From the NCBI GenBank assembly GCA_029260055.1, contig JAJDDX010000098.1, forward strand, positions 4,962 through 68,961: a stretch of DNA of 64,000 nucleotides, read 5' to 3'. Positions 46,804-56,713 of this stretch are shown here, in pieces (position 1 is the first letter of the stretch; each line of letters starts with the position of its first letter). The notes under the pieces are model-generated. The model saw only the letters and a program-made list of their open reading frames with translations, made no database searches and was not told the origin of the DNA. The stretch comes from Phycisphaerae bacterium. Its GTDB lineage: Bacteria; Planctomycetota; Phycisphaerae; UBA1845. Made by a program: the position numbers and the translations under genes.

Positions 46804-48807
46804 TTATGACCAGAAGACCCAGAGGGCCAGGATCGCCATGCCCGCGACCATGCTGACCGCATAGCCCTGCAACTTGCCCGCCTGCAGGCCGCGTACCAAG
46901 TACGCCAAAGCCCGCGGAACGGCGGTTACGATCCACACCAAACCGTCGATCAGATAATCATCGAGCCCGACGCAGACCTTGCCGCCCATTTTGGCGGGCT
47001 GCACCAACGTCTCGTCGTATAGCTCGTCGAGGTAGTACTTGTTCAAGAGCGTGTCGTAGACGCCGGGAGCCGTGTTCTTCATGACCCCGGCGAACCACTG
47101 GTTCCTCACGTACACGAAGTAAGCAGCCAGGATGCCGATGATCGCCAGCGCCGCGGAGAGGATCAGCAGGCCGTATGCGGCCAGGAAACCGGCGTCTGCG
47201 GCGTGCCCGGCAGCTTCGGCTGCGTGCGCCGCCGCCTCGCCGGCATGGCCGGCGGCTTCGGCACCATGCGCGCCAGCCGTTGCGAACGTGTCTGCGAAGA
47301 CCGGTTCGAGGAAGCCGTGGAAGCATTTTCCGGTCAGGCCCGTTCCGGCCAGTCCCGCGAAGATGGAACCGATGGCGAGGATGAACAGCGGCAGCAGCAT
47401 CCACTTACCCGATTCATGGGCGTGGACGCCTTCCGGGATGCGTTCCTTGCCGAGGAAGGCCAGGCAGAACATGCGGGAGGTATAGAACGCCGTGAGCACC
47501 GCAGTTACGAGGCCGATGCCGCCGAGGATCCAGTGCTCGCTGAATGCGTGATGGATGATCTCGTCCTTGCTCCAAAACCCGCTGAGCAACGGGAAGCCCG
47601 CGAGCGTGAGCGATCCAATCAGGAAGGTCAGGAACGTCCACGGCAGGACCTTCCGCAAGCCGCCGAACTGACGCACGTCGATGATGCCGCCCATGGCGTG
47701 CATCACGCTGCCGGCGCCGAGGAAGAGCAACGCCTTGAAGAAGGCGTGCGTGTACAGATGGAAGATAGCCGAGTCGGCTGCGTAAACGCCGATGCCCAGG
47801 AACATGTAGCCGAGTTGGCTGATCGTCGAGTAGGCTAAGATGCGCTTCATGTCCGTCTGGACCAGCGCGATCGTGGCGGCGAACAGGGCGGTTACGGCTC
47901 CGATGACCGCGACGACCGTCATGGCGACGGGCGAGGCGGCGAAGATGGCACCGCAGCGGGCGATCATGAAGATGCCGGCTGTCACCATCGTGGCTGCGTG
48001 AATCAGCGCGGAGACCGGCGACGGGCCTTCCATCGCGTCGGGCAGCCAGACGTGCAGCGGCAGTTGGGCGCTCTTGCCGCACGCCCCGCACAGCAGCAGC
48101 AGGGCGATGATCGTGATCTTGGTTTGGAGTATCGGATCGCCGGACGCGACCGCTACCCGTACCGCGTCGAAGACGGCCTCATACTGAATGCTACCAAAGG
48201 TCAGGTAGATCATCAGGATGCCGAGCCCGAAGCCGAAGTCGCCGACACGGTTGACTAAGAACGCTTTCTTGGCAGCCGCGGCGGCCGAGGGCTTCTGGTA
48301 GTAGAAGCCGATCAGCAGGTAGCTGCACAGGCCGACCGCCTCCCAGCCGAGGTAGAGCAGCAGGAAGTTCCCGCCGAGCACCAGAGCGCACATCGCGAAG
48401 ACGAACAGGGCGAGGAAGGAGAAGAAGCGCTCGTAGCCGCGCTCGGGGTTGCCGTGGTCGCGCATGTAGTCGCGCGAGTAGATGACCACGAGCAGCGAGA
48501 TGCCGGTTACCACCAGCAGCATGACCGAGGTGAGCGGGTCGATCAGCAGTTCGACGTTAAAGACGGTATCCGTGCCGTTGGCGATCCACTCGTAGATCGG
48601 GACCAACGCCGATACCGACCCGGTTTCGACGCCGCTGACGTGGATGAAGACGCAGATGGCCGCCGCGAACGCGGTGCCCACGCCGAGGATCGATACCCAG
48701 TGCGTGTTGCCCTTCAGCTTGGGCCCAAGTGCGCCCGCGAGTATGGCACCCGTCAGGGGAGCCAGCAGGATCACGACCCCGAGGATTTTCAGCGTATCTA
48801 CGTCCAT
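46804..48807 (-). CDS. nuoL: NADH-quinone oxidoreductase subunit L
   Basis: GWEAVGLCSYLLIGF, NRVGD, GKSAQLPLHVWLPDAMEGP, HAFFKALLFL. Confidence 0.97.
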   Translation of the reverse strand: MDVDTLKILGVVILLAPLTGAILAGALGPKLKGNTHWVSILGVGTAFAAAICVFIHVSGVETGSVSALVPIYEWIANGTDTVFNVELLIDPLTSVMLLVVTGISLLVVIYSRDYMRDHGNPERGYERFFSFLALFVFAMCALVLGGNFLLLYLGWEAVGLCSYLLIGFYYQKPSAAAAAKKAFLVNRVGDFGFGLGILMIYLTFGSIQYEAVFDAVRVAVASGDPILQTKITIIALLLLCGACGKSAQLPLHVWLPDAMEGPSPVSALIHAATMVTAGIFMIARCGAIFAASPVAMTVVAVIGAVTALFAATIALVQTDMKRILAYSTISQLGYMFLGIGVYAADSAIFHLYTHAFFKALLFLGAGSVMHAMGGIIDVRQFGGLRKVLPWTFLTFLIGSLTLAGFPLLSGFWSKDEIIHHAFSEHWILGGIGLVTAVLTAFYTSRMFCLAFLGKERIPEGVHAHESGKWMLLPLFILAIGSIFAGLAGTGLTGKCFHGFLEPVFADTFATAGAHGAEAAGHAGEAAAHAAEAAGHAADAGFLAAYGLLILSAALAIIGILAAYFVYVRNQWFAGVMKNTAPGVYDTLLNKYYLDELYDETLVQPAKMGGKVCVGLDDYLIDGLVWIVTAVPRALAYLVRGLQAGKLQGYAVSMVAGMAILALWVFWS

Positions 48808-48855
48808 CGTTTCGCCAAAGGCGGGCCCTTACGCCCGCACCAAATATCTTGCCGT

Positions 48856-49158
48856 CTAGCCGCGCATGGCTGACCAGACTTCCGCGTCGAGCGTGCCGCG
48901 TCTTCGATAGAGCATGACGACCATACCCAACGCCAGACCTGCCTCGACCGCTGCTATCGCCAGAAGGAACACCGCGAAGGCCTGGCCTTCGAGGTTCCCA
49001 TGATGCCTTGCCATTGCGACCACGTTGACCACGACGCCCTGGAACATCAGCTCCGTCGAGAGGAACATGACGATCAGGTTGCGGCGGGACATGAAGCCCA
49101 CCAACCCGAGGGCAAAGAGGATCGCGCCGACAATGATGTACTCGGTCATTCCGGTCAT
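48856..49158 (-). CDS. nuoK: NADH-quinone oxidoreductase subunit K
   Basis: RRNLIVMFLSTELM, GQAF, AAVEAGLAL. Confidence 0.95.
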   Translation of the reverse strand: MTGMTEYIIVGAILFALGLVGFMSRRNLIVMFLSTELMFQGVVVNVVAMARHHGNLEGQAFAVFLLAIAAVEAGLALGMVVMLYRRRGTLDAEVWSAMRG

Positions 49159-49919
49159 CAGAATGGCGCAACCTCCCTTCCAGCCTGGCCGAGCGGCTTC
49201 GGTTTCGTGACCATCCCTTCCACCGGAACCTTCTTCCTCGACATCGCAATCGCGCCGACCATCGAGACGAGCAGGAGTACGCCGGCGATCTCGATCGCGA
49301 CGACGTATTTGGTCATCAGCAGGGTGCCGACGGCCATCGAATTACTCGCAGCCGCCGGGGATTCGGTCTGCGTCGTGTCCTGTACGGAGATCGCCTCGGT
49401 CTTCTCGACCACGGGTAGGTCCGAAGCCCGACCCGCGACAGCCGCCATGAGCACGAACCCCGCCACGACGGCCATGAAGGGCTCGCGCGAACGGTGATCG
49501 TAGACGGCTGAGCCTCGCTGCTTGGCGAGCATGATGACGAAGAGATAGGTCACCAGGATCGCGCCAGCGTATACGATGATCAGCGCGACAGCCGCGAACT
49601 CGGCCCCTTGAAGCACGAGCAGGGCCGCGACGGCGACCACCACCAACACGAAGTACAAAGCGGAGTAGACCGGTTTGGGGTGCGTGACCACGCGGGTCGC
49701 AGCCACGATCGCGATCGTCGCGAACAGGTAGAAGTAGAAGCTTGTGTCCGGCCCCGCGATCTGGGTGGCCAGCAGCGTGATCAGACCAACGACACCAGCC
49801 ACGCCGAAGATCGCGCCGGCTCGCCCCATGGAGCGCCCGGCCCGCGGCAGCAGGAAGTAGACCCCCGCGCCGCCCAGGGCGAATACCAGATAGAGGAGAT
49901 AGGTCGTCGTCGCTGTCAC
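49158..49919 (-). CDS. nuoJ: NADH-quinone oxidoreductase subunit J
   Basis: PVYSALY, AEF, IVYAGAILVTYLFVIML, EIAGVLLLVSMVGAI. Confidence 0.94.
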   Translation of the reverse strand: MTATTTYLLYLVFALGGAGVYFLLPRAGRSMGRAGAIFGVAGVVGLITLLATQIAGPDTSFYFYLFATIAIVAATRVVTHPKPVYSALYFVLVVVAVAALLVLQGAEFAAVALIIVYAGAILVTYLFVIMLAKQRGSAVYDHRSREPFMAVVAGFVLMAAVAGRASDLPVVEKTEAISVQDTTQTESPAAASNSMAVGTLLMTKYVVAIEIAGVLLLVSMVGAIAMSRKKVPVEGMVTKPKPLGQAGREVAPF

Positions 49920-50509
49920 GCGCCCGCTTCTCCTTGCTCGGACGATTGGTCAGCCGAGCGATTCCCGGTTCCCGGATAGCCCGCGACATGCGGGTTCTTC
50001 CGAGGCTTGATGTCCTTGGTCTTGTCGTAGATGCCGAGCAGTTCTTCCTTATCGAGGATCATCTGTTCGCGCGAGCGGCCCACCAGGTCGAAACCAGGCG
50101 TCAGCTCGATGGCATCCACCGGGCAGGCCTCTTCGCACATGCCGCAGTAGATGCAGCGAAGCTCGTCGATGTCGAACTTGGCCGGGTACTTCTCCCGGTC
50201 GTCCCACGGTGACTCAGCCCCTTCGATGTGAATGCAGTTCACCGGACAGGCCGTCGCACACATGAAACAGGAGACGCACGCCACGCGGCCCTTCTCGTCC
50301 CGGTTGAGGCGGTGGATGCCACGGTAGTTTTCGACCCGCAGCGGCCGCTGCTCCTCGGGATACTGCACGGTCTCTCGCGTGCCGGCGAGCGACGTGAACA
50401 TGTGCGTGATGGTCGTAACCATCCCGCCGAGGATCTGCGGTACGTACAGCCGCTCGGTCATGGAGAGCACCGGCTCAACGATTTCGACGATGTCTTCGTT
50501 TTTCATCAT
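49916..50509 (-). CDS. nuoI: NADH-quinone oxidoreductase subunit I
   Basis: TVQYPE, CVSCFMCATACP, CIYCGMCEEACP. Confidence 0.96.
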   Translation of the reverse strand: MMKNEDIVEIVEPVLSMTERLYVPQILGGMVTTITHMFTSLAGTRETVQYPEEQRPLRVENYRGIHRLNRDEKGRVACVSCFMCATACPVNCIHIEGAESPWDDREKYPAKFDIDELRCIYCGMCEEACPVDAIELTPGFDLVGRSREQMILDKEELLGIYDKTKDIKPRKNPHVAGYPGTGNRSADQSSEQGEAGA

Positions 50510-51717
50510 GCCGAAGCCCCCGTCGCCGCCCGCGCCGCCATCGTGATGTTCTTAGCCCGTGGCATGTTGTCCTGCCTGCCCGTGATCTCCCGACCGCGGG
50601 CGGCTGCGTATGCCAATACGAAGGCGAGAATCGCGACGTTACCCACCAGCGCCCAGATCGAGCGGTGCAGGTTGAAGTACAGTAGTATCGTAGCCAGGAT
50701 GACCAGCGCCAGCGTCACTGGGATCAAGCCCTGCCACGCCATGCGCATGAGCTGATCGAACCGGAAACGCGGCAGCGTCCAGCGAAGCCACATCATCATG
50801 AAGATAAATGCCGTCACCTTGCCGACGAGGACGCCGATCTTGAGGAGCACGGCGAAGGTCGAAGTCGCTTCGGGTTCCGCAATCCACGGGAAGTGCCATC
50901 CGCCCAGGAACAACACGCAGATAAACGCGCTGCCCGTGACCATGTGGGCGTACTCGCCGAGGAAGAACATGCCGAATTTCAGGGCGCCGTATTCCGTGTG
51001 GAAGCCGCCGACGAGTTCCTGCTCCGCCTCCGCCAGGTCGAACGGCGCCCGGTTACACTCGGCCAGCACCGTGACAAAGAGGATCGCGAAGGCCAGCGGG
51101 TGGAGGAACACGTTCCACTTCGGGATGAAGCCGAACCAGTATCCAGCCTGCTCCGCCGTGATCCCTTCGAGTCGAAGCGTGCCCATGGTGAGCACGACGA
51201 CGACGATGCAAAGGCCCATGGGGATTTCGTAGCTGAGCATCTGCGCGGTAGCTCGCACGCCGCCGTAGAAGGAATACTTGTTGTTGGACGCCCACGCGCC
51301 GATGACGACGCCGTAAACGCCCATCGACCCGACGCCGAGGATGTAGAGCAGGCCGATGTCCGGGTTGGTCACCTGTACCTGGACGAGCTTGCCGTCCAGC
51401 ATCCATTCCCCACCCCACGGGATGGCTGCGAACCCGATGAACGAGATCAGGAATGCCAACGACGGGGCAACGACGAACAGGACCTTGTCTACGTGGCCCG
51501 GGATGATGTCCTCTTTGAGGGCGAACTTGCCGCCGTCAGCCAGCGGTTGGAACAGGCCGAGCGGCCCGACGCGGTTGGGCCCCCACCGATCCTGCATCCA
51601 GGCGGATATCTTGCGTTCGTAGTAGATGCAGTAGGCCACGTAGCCCAACAGCGCGAGGAGAACCCCGATCGCCAGGAGGATGCTCACGCCGAGCTGGCTG
51701 GTGATGAATTCGTACAT
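50506..51717 (-). CDS. nuoH: NADH-quinone oxidoreductase subunit H
   Basis: ERKISAWMQDRWGPNRVG, AQMLSYE, NRAPFDLAEAEQELVGG, PRFRFDQLM. Confidence 0.97.
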   Translation of the reverse strand: MYEFITSQLGVSILLAIGVLLALLGYVAYCIYYERKISAWMQDRWGPNRVGPLGLFQPLADGGKFALKEDIIPGHVDKVLFVVAPSLAFLISFIGFAAIPWGGEWMLDGKLVQVQVTNPDIGLLYILGVGSMGVYGVVIGAWASNNKYSFYGGVRATAQMLSYEIPMGLCIVVVVLTMGTLRLEGITAEQAGYWFGFIPKWNVFLHPLAFAILFVTVLAECNRAPFDLAEAEQELVGGFHTEYGALKFGMFFLGEYAHMVTGSAFICVLFLGGWHFPWIAEPEATSTFAVLLKIGVLVGKVTAFIFMMMWLRWTLPRFRFDQLMRMAWQGLIPVTLALVILATILLYFNLHRSIWALVGNVAILAFVLAYAAARGREITGRQDNMPRAKNITMAARAATGASA

Positions 51718-51731
51718 CGTGCTCTACTACA

Positions 51732-53354
51732 TCAATGCGTGTGTGCCGGCACCGGCGGCGCCTCGCACACTTCGTTAAACGCCGGGATGGTGGCAGCCAT
51801 CAGCTCGCGAACTCGCTCGCCGCTGTAGATGCCTTCAAACCCGGCTGTCTCGAACAAATACTGCCCGTCCCGCATCGCCCCAGCCGGCGGCTCGATGGAC
51901 CGCGCAAAGGGTTGGATCAGACCGGCGTGGTTGGCAAAGCTGCCGTCTCGTTCCACCCACGCACAGGCGGGCAGGACGATGTCGGCGGCTGCCGTAAACT
52001 CGTTTTCGAACATATCCTGCGCGACAAGCAGCTCGAACTTCGCGGCCGCCTTGCCCACAGGCTTCTCGACCCACGCCTTGGGATAGCCGCCGACAACCCA
52101 GCCGGCACTGAATTCGCCGGCTGTCGCCTTCTCGACGAATGCGTCGAACGCCAGCGTCTCTCCGCCGGCTGCTTCGAGCAACATCTCGATGCCGCGCTTG
52201 TTCGGGCACTTCTCTTTGAGGATCGTGAACTTGACCGCGTCGCCGGTTGCTCCGGCTGGGAACTGCTGATCCTCGCCCTCGACCGGCACCGGGCCCATCA
52301 CGAGCACGGCGCTGGGCGCGATGTCACGAATAAAGCGAATCAGCAACCACGCTTCCTCGCACGCCATAAACGGCGAGAGCACGACGGCTACGGAGGCGCC
52401 TTCATGCTCGCGCACGTGCGTCTCGAAGCGCGTCTTCAGAATACCCGGCAAGTCTTGCCACTCGGGCGTGGTCTTGTCTTTCCCACGGCGAACGACCGGA
52501 GCGGCGATGCGCTTGTCATCGTGAACGTACTCGAAGCCGAATCGGCCTTCGTCGCACATCCACCAGTCGTTGACCTTCGGGTTGTAGCGCGGCTTGAGCC
52601 GGTACACGTGCTCATCCGCCTGATCGACGCGGATGGAGCAACCCATCGCACAACCGGGACAGGTCGACGGCGTACCCTTCAGCTCCCACACCCGCCGCTT
52701 GAACAGGAAGCTCTTGTCCAAAAGGCATCCCACCGGGCAGAGGTCGACGACGTTGCCCTGAAGCGGGTTATCGAGCGGCCTTCCCGGGAATACGTCGATC
52801 TCGTTCTTTGAGCCCCGGTTGGTCAGGCACAGCTCGTTGGTACCGGAAATCTCTTGTGTGAACCGAACGCATCGCGTGCAGAGCACACAACGATCGGTGT
52901 ATAGCAACGTCTTGGGGCCGATGTCTTTCTTCGGCGTGACGTGCTTCTGATCCACCATGCGCGACTCGGCGTTGCCGAAGCGCTGGGAGTAGTCCTGAAG
53001 ATGGCACTCGCCGGCCTGGTCGCAGACCGGGCAGTCGAGCGGATGGTCAAGCAGGTAGAACTCGAGGCAGTTGGCCCGGTTCTGCTTCACCTTGTCCGAG
53101 GCGAAGCGAACCTCGAGGCCGTCACGCACCGGTGTCTGGCAGGCCGGCATGAGCTTGGGCGACCAACCCATCTCTCGCGTCTGCGGATGGGGCATCTTCT
53201 GCTCCATCAGGCAGAGACGGCATGACGCCGCGATCGAAAGGCCTGGATGGAAACAGTAGTGCGGCACATCCCAGCCGGCTTTGGACGCCGCCTGAAGGAC
53301 GGTGATGCCCTCTTGGCACTCGACTTCCTGATTGTCGATGATGATCTTGGCCAT
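51732..53354 (-). CDS. nuoG: NADH-quinone oxidoreductase subunit G (short form)
   Basis: PHYCFHPGL..CRLC, HPLDCPVCDQAGEC, CVLCTRCVRF, CPGCAMGC. Confidence 0.93.
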   Translation of the reverse strand: MAKIIIDNQEVECQEGITVLQAASKAGWDVPHYCFHPGLSIAASCRLCLMEQKMPHPQTREMGWSPKLMPACQTPVRDGLEVRFASDKVKQNRANCLEFYLLDHPLDCPVCDQAGECHLQDYSQRFGNAESRMVDQKHVTPKKDIGPKTLLYTDRCVLCTRCVRFTQEISGTNELCLTNRGSKNEIDVFPGRPLDNPLQGNVVDLCPVGCLLDKSFLFKRRVWELKGTPSTCPGCAMGCSIRVDQADEHVYRLKPRYNPKVNDWWMCDEGRFGFEYVHDDKRIAAPVVRRGKDKTTPEWQDLPGILKTRFETHVREHEGASVAVVLSPFMACEEAWLLIRFIRDIAPSAVLVMGPVPVEGEDQQFPAGATGDAVKFTILKEKCPNKRGIEMLLEAAGGETLAFDAFVEKATAGEFSAGWVVGGYPKAWVEKPVGKAAAKFELLVAQDMFENEFTAAADIVLPACAWVERDGSFANHAGLIQPFARSIEPPAGAMRDGQYLFETAGFEGIYSGERVRELMAATIPAFNEVCEAPPVPAHTH

Positions 53355-53402
53355 CAAAACCCGTTTACGAAATCCGCTGATCGCTCTTACTTATCGAGAG
53401 CG

Positions 53403-54710
53403 TTAGTTCATCGTTTGCAGTATCTGCTCCGCCGCCTCAGCCGACTGCGCCGCGATCGCCGCTTCCAACTCCCCGCGGTACTTCTTCACGATTGTCTCGA
53501 TCGGGAATGTCGCGCCGTCAGGCAGACCGCAGATACTAAGACCCGGCATCATGCCCATATTCCGGGCTGTTTCAAGTAGGATGTCCAGGTCCTCGTTACG
53601 CCCCGCGCCACTTTCGATGCGCGTGGCCATCTTGTTCATCCATGCCGTGCCCTCACGGCATTGCGTACACTGTCCGCACGACTCACTCGCGTAGAAACGG
53701 GCGACATTCCGAAGGACCGCGCGGATGTCGGTACTCTCGTCGAACACCACCGCAGCCGCCGTGCCGAGGCCCAGCAGGCCGTACTTGGCCGGGTCCGCGA
53801 AGTCCATTTTCATGTCCAGCTCGTCCGCGGTCAGCACGCCCATCGAGATACCACCGGGCAGTACGCCCTTGAGCTTCTTGCCGGGCAGCATGCCGCCGCC
53901 CATGTCCTCGCGTTCGAGCAGGTCGCGCATGGTGATGTCCATGGCGGCCTCATAGCAGCCGGGGTTCTTGACCGGTCCGCTGATGCTGAACAGCTTGGGA
54001 CCCGTGCTGTGTTCCGGGCCGATCGACGAGAACCAGTCGCCGCCGCGCTCGATGATGTGCGGCACGCACGAAAGCGTTTCGACGTTGTTGACCACGGTGG
54101 GCAGGCGGAAGAGGCCTTCGATTGCCGGGAAGGGCGGCTTAATGCGCGGCTGACCGCGCTTGCCCTCGATCGACTCGATCAGGCCCGTCTCTTCGCCGCA
54201 GACGTACGCTCCGGCGCCCCTGTGGATATAGCAATCGAGCGAGTAGTCGCTGCCGAGGATGTTCTTTCCGAGAATGCCGGCTGCGTATGCCTCGTCGATC
54301 GCCTTCTGCACGATGTGGAAGACCTCGTGGAATTCGACGCGAAGGTAGATGTAGGCAACCTGTGCCTGCGTCGCGAAGGCCGAGATGATCGTCCCCTCGA
54401 TAAGCTGGTGGGGATCGTTCTCCATCAGCACGCGGTTACAGAAGGTCGGCGGTTCGGACTCGTCGCCGTTGACGCAAAGCAGCGTGCGCGTGCGGTCTTT
54501 CGGCAGGAAGCCCCATTTCACGCCGGCTGGGAAGCCCGCGCCGCCGCGACCACGAAGGTTGGCCTTCTTGACCTCCTCGGTGATCGTCTCCGGCGTCATC
54601 TTCAGAGCCTTGCGCAGTGCCTGATAGCCACCGCGCGACTCATATACCTTCAGCGCGGTCGAATTCACGACACCGCGGTTCTTCAGCAGAATGGGTTCGA
54701 ACTTAGCCAT
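53403..54710 (-). CDS. nuoF: NADH-quinone oxidoreductase subunit F
   Basis: LRGRGGAGFPAGVKW, GAGAYVCGEET, ESCGQCTQCREG. Confidence 0.97.
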   Translation of the reverse strand: MAKFEPILLKNRGVVNSTALKVYESRGGYQALRKALKMTPETITEEVKKANLRGRGGAGFPAGVKWGFLPKDRTRTLLCVNGDESEPPTFCNRVLMENDPHQLIEGTIISAFATQAQVAYIYLRVEFHEVFHIVQKAIDEAYAAGILGKNILGSDYSLDCYIHRGAGAYVCGEETGLIESIEGKRGQPRIKPPFPAIEGLFRLPTVVNNVETLSCVPHIIERGGDWFSSIGPEHSTGPKLFSISGPVKNPGCYEAAMDITMRDLLEREDMGGGMLPGKKLKGVLPGGISMGVLTADELDMKMDFADPAKYGLLGLGTAAAVVFDESTDIRAVLRNVARFYASESCGQCTQCREGTAWMNKMATRIESGAGRNEDLDILLETARNMGMMPGLSICGLPDGATFPIETIVKKYRGELEAAIAAQSAEAAEQILQTMN

Positions 54711-54754
54711 AACGTTGGTCTAGCGGGCCTGCTCCGATCCGGACACCTTGAAAG

Positions 54755-56008
54755 TCAAATGAGAAAGCGGAAGTACACCACGCTCCATACGACAAGCACC
54801 GGGCTGACCCATTTTCGCCAGCCGACGCGACAGCTTACCGCCACCAGCGCCAGCAGGACCGGCAGATAGTCCAGCGAGTACCGGTTGAAACCGCGCTGCT
54901 GGAAGCCGGTGCTGTGGTAGAACATTAGCGCGGCAAACGCCAGCCCAGCCGCAATGAGCAAGTATCGCTCGCGTTGATCCCCGACGATCCGCCGCAAATC
55001 GACGAACAGCAGCAACAGCAGCGGTGTCGTCCACCAGATGCCGGTGCCCATCTGGTTGGGGCGCAAGTGCGTCTCCATCTCGCCGGCCATCTCGATCTCG
55101 TGGACCCGCGGCAGGCCGAGGTTCGTGTAGTAGAGATTCCGTGGTACGTAGTGAGTCGAGAAGATGCCGTACTGCCTCGCGTCCCGTGAGAAGCTGTCTT
55201 CCGGCCGATCGTTGTAGAGATACATGTAGCCCGAATCGAGCGGATGGCCGAACTTGATCGTGTTCATCGCCATGGGGACGCCGGCTGTGATCAGTCCCAC
55301 AAGTGCCAGCACCGCGATCCGCCCGGTGCGCCGCTGCCCCGGTTCGATCTGCCAGGCCATGATCGCCAGAGGTAGGGCATAGCAAATCGTGAGCTGCCGG
55401 GATAGCGAGGAGATGATCAAGCCGATCCCCGCGACCCAGACTCGTCGCCGCCCGAAATACTCGATCAGCAGAATCAGCACGCCGATGGTGCCGAGCAGTT
55501 GGTTCACATAGTAGGGATTCGCACCACGAATCGCCTTGTCGATCACGGGATAGGCGCTGCTGCCCAGCGTCAGGCCGATCGCAAGCAGCGTCGCCCACTT
55601 GGCCGAGCCGGTTCGCCGCAGGAACAGCACATAGGCCAGGACAGGCACGGGCAAAGCCAGCAAAGCGACGATCAGCCAATGCGGCACGCCGCCCAGCAGC
55701 GCCACCGCGGTAACCGCGACGAACGAGAACATCGGCGGGAAGTGGCTGTAGACGCGCCCGTCCACGAGTGCCGTGTCGTGGGCTCGCCTCGGCAGTGTTG
55801 TACGTCCGTCTAACCACGCCTCTGCTTCGCCTATCTGGGTGTTGTGTTCGAATCCGAACTCAGCGTTCGGGCGCCACAACTTTGCTTCGCACAACAAGAA
55901 GACCGTCGCCAGAACGACCGCGAGTCCGATCCACACGCCGCCGCGAGCGGGCTTGGACCTCTTCTGGTCCGTCGGCTCGAGTACTCTTGGCTCTGCGCCT
56001 TCATCCAT
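54755..56008 (-). CDS. Polytopic membrane protein (GT-C-like) inserted between nuoE and nuoF
   Basis: Multiple TMs; DTALVDGRVYSHFPP, N..KFGHPLDSGY, GFQQRGFNRYSLDY. Not a Nuo subunit. Confidence 0.7.
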   Translation of the reverse strand: MDEGAEPRVLEPTDQKRSKPARGGVWIGLAVVLATVFLLCEAKLWRPNAEFGFEHNTQIGEAEAWLDGRTTLPRRAHDTALVDGRVYSHFPPMFSFVAVTAVALLGGVPHWLIVALLALPVPVLAYVLFLRRTGSAKWATLLAIGLTLGSSAYPVIDKAIRGANPYYVNQLLGTIGVLILLIEYFGRRRVWVAGIGLIISSLSRQLTICYALPLAIMAWQIEPGQRRTGRIAVLALVGLITAGVPMAMNTIKFGHPLDSGYMYLYNDRPEDSFSRDARQYGIFSTHYVPRNLYYTNLGLPRVHEIEMAGEMETHLRPNQMGTGIWWTTPLLLLLFVDLRRIVGDQRERYLLIAAGLAFAALMFYHSTGFQQRGFNRYSLDYLPVLLALVAVSCRVGWRKWVSPVLVVWSVVYFRFLI

Positions 56009-56071
56009 AGGCCGACCGTTTCGCGGCAGCGACCGTTTGCGCCGCTTGTCGCCGGCGGACCGGCCGACGGC

Positions 56072-56707
56072 CTAGTTCCCCTCTTGTGCCTCGTTGGCAT
56101 CCGACGTGCCGTCCGATGCATCCGTCTTCGTTACCGCCGATTCCGGCGGCGGGTCGAACAGATCGCTCCTTTCGGAGTCGATCTTGTCGTTGTTTTCGTC
56201 AGCCAGCAGCTTGGCCACATCTTCCGGCTTCACACACTTGTGCAGTTTCTCGTTGATCAGCAGGCAAGCCGAATGATCGCAGCCGGCCAGGCACTCCTCC
56301 GTCACGAGGCTGTACTTGCCGTCGGGCGTCGTCTCGTGCAGGCCTATGCCGAGCTGCTTCTTGATTTCGTCCAGGACCTCCTTGCCGCCCATCACCTCGC
56401 AGCTCAGGCTGCGGCAGACGGTGATGACCTTCTCGCCCTTGGGGTGGGTCCAGAAGTGCGTGTAGAAGCTCAACGTGTCCAGCACGTCGGACGGGTGAAT
56501 ATCGAGGACCTCGGCGATCTCTTCCATCGCCTGATAGGACACGTGCCCCAGCGTGTTCTGGACGATGTGCAGTGCGGGCAATAGCGCCGCACGCTTCGTC
56601 TCGTATCGCGGGAAGAACGACCGGATCTTCTCGCGCAGTGCCTCGGAGAGCAGGGGGGCCTCGCCCTCAGCCACCGGTGTCAGTCGATCTAGTGCTTTCC
56701 AAGCCAT
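56072..56707 (-). CDS. nuoE: NADH-quinone oxidoreductase subunit E
   Basis: AALLPALH, SFYT, VCRSLSC, EECLAGC. Confidence 0.95.
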   Translation of the reverse strand: MAWKALDRLTPVAEGEAPLLSEALREKIRSFFPRYETKRAALLPALHIVQNTLGHVSYQAMEEIAEVLDIHPSDVLDTLSFYTHFWTHPKGEKVITVCRSLSCEVMGGKEVLDEIKKQLGIGLHETTPDGKYSLVTEECLAGCDHSACLLINEKLHKCVKPEDVAKLLADENNDKIDSERSDLFDPPPESAVTKTDASDGTSDANEAQEGN

Positions 56708-56713
56708 GCGTTC

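Noticed and set aside
47195-47285. His/Ala-rich repeat in NuoL (AGHAGEAAAHAAEAAGHAA)
   Set aside because: His-rich low-complexity loops are common at this position in NuoL.
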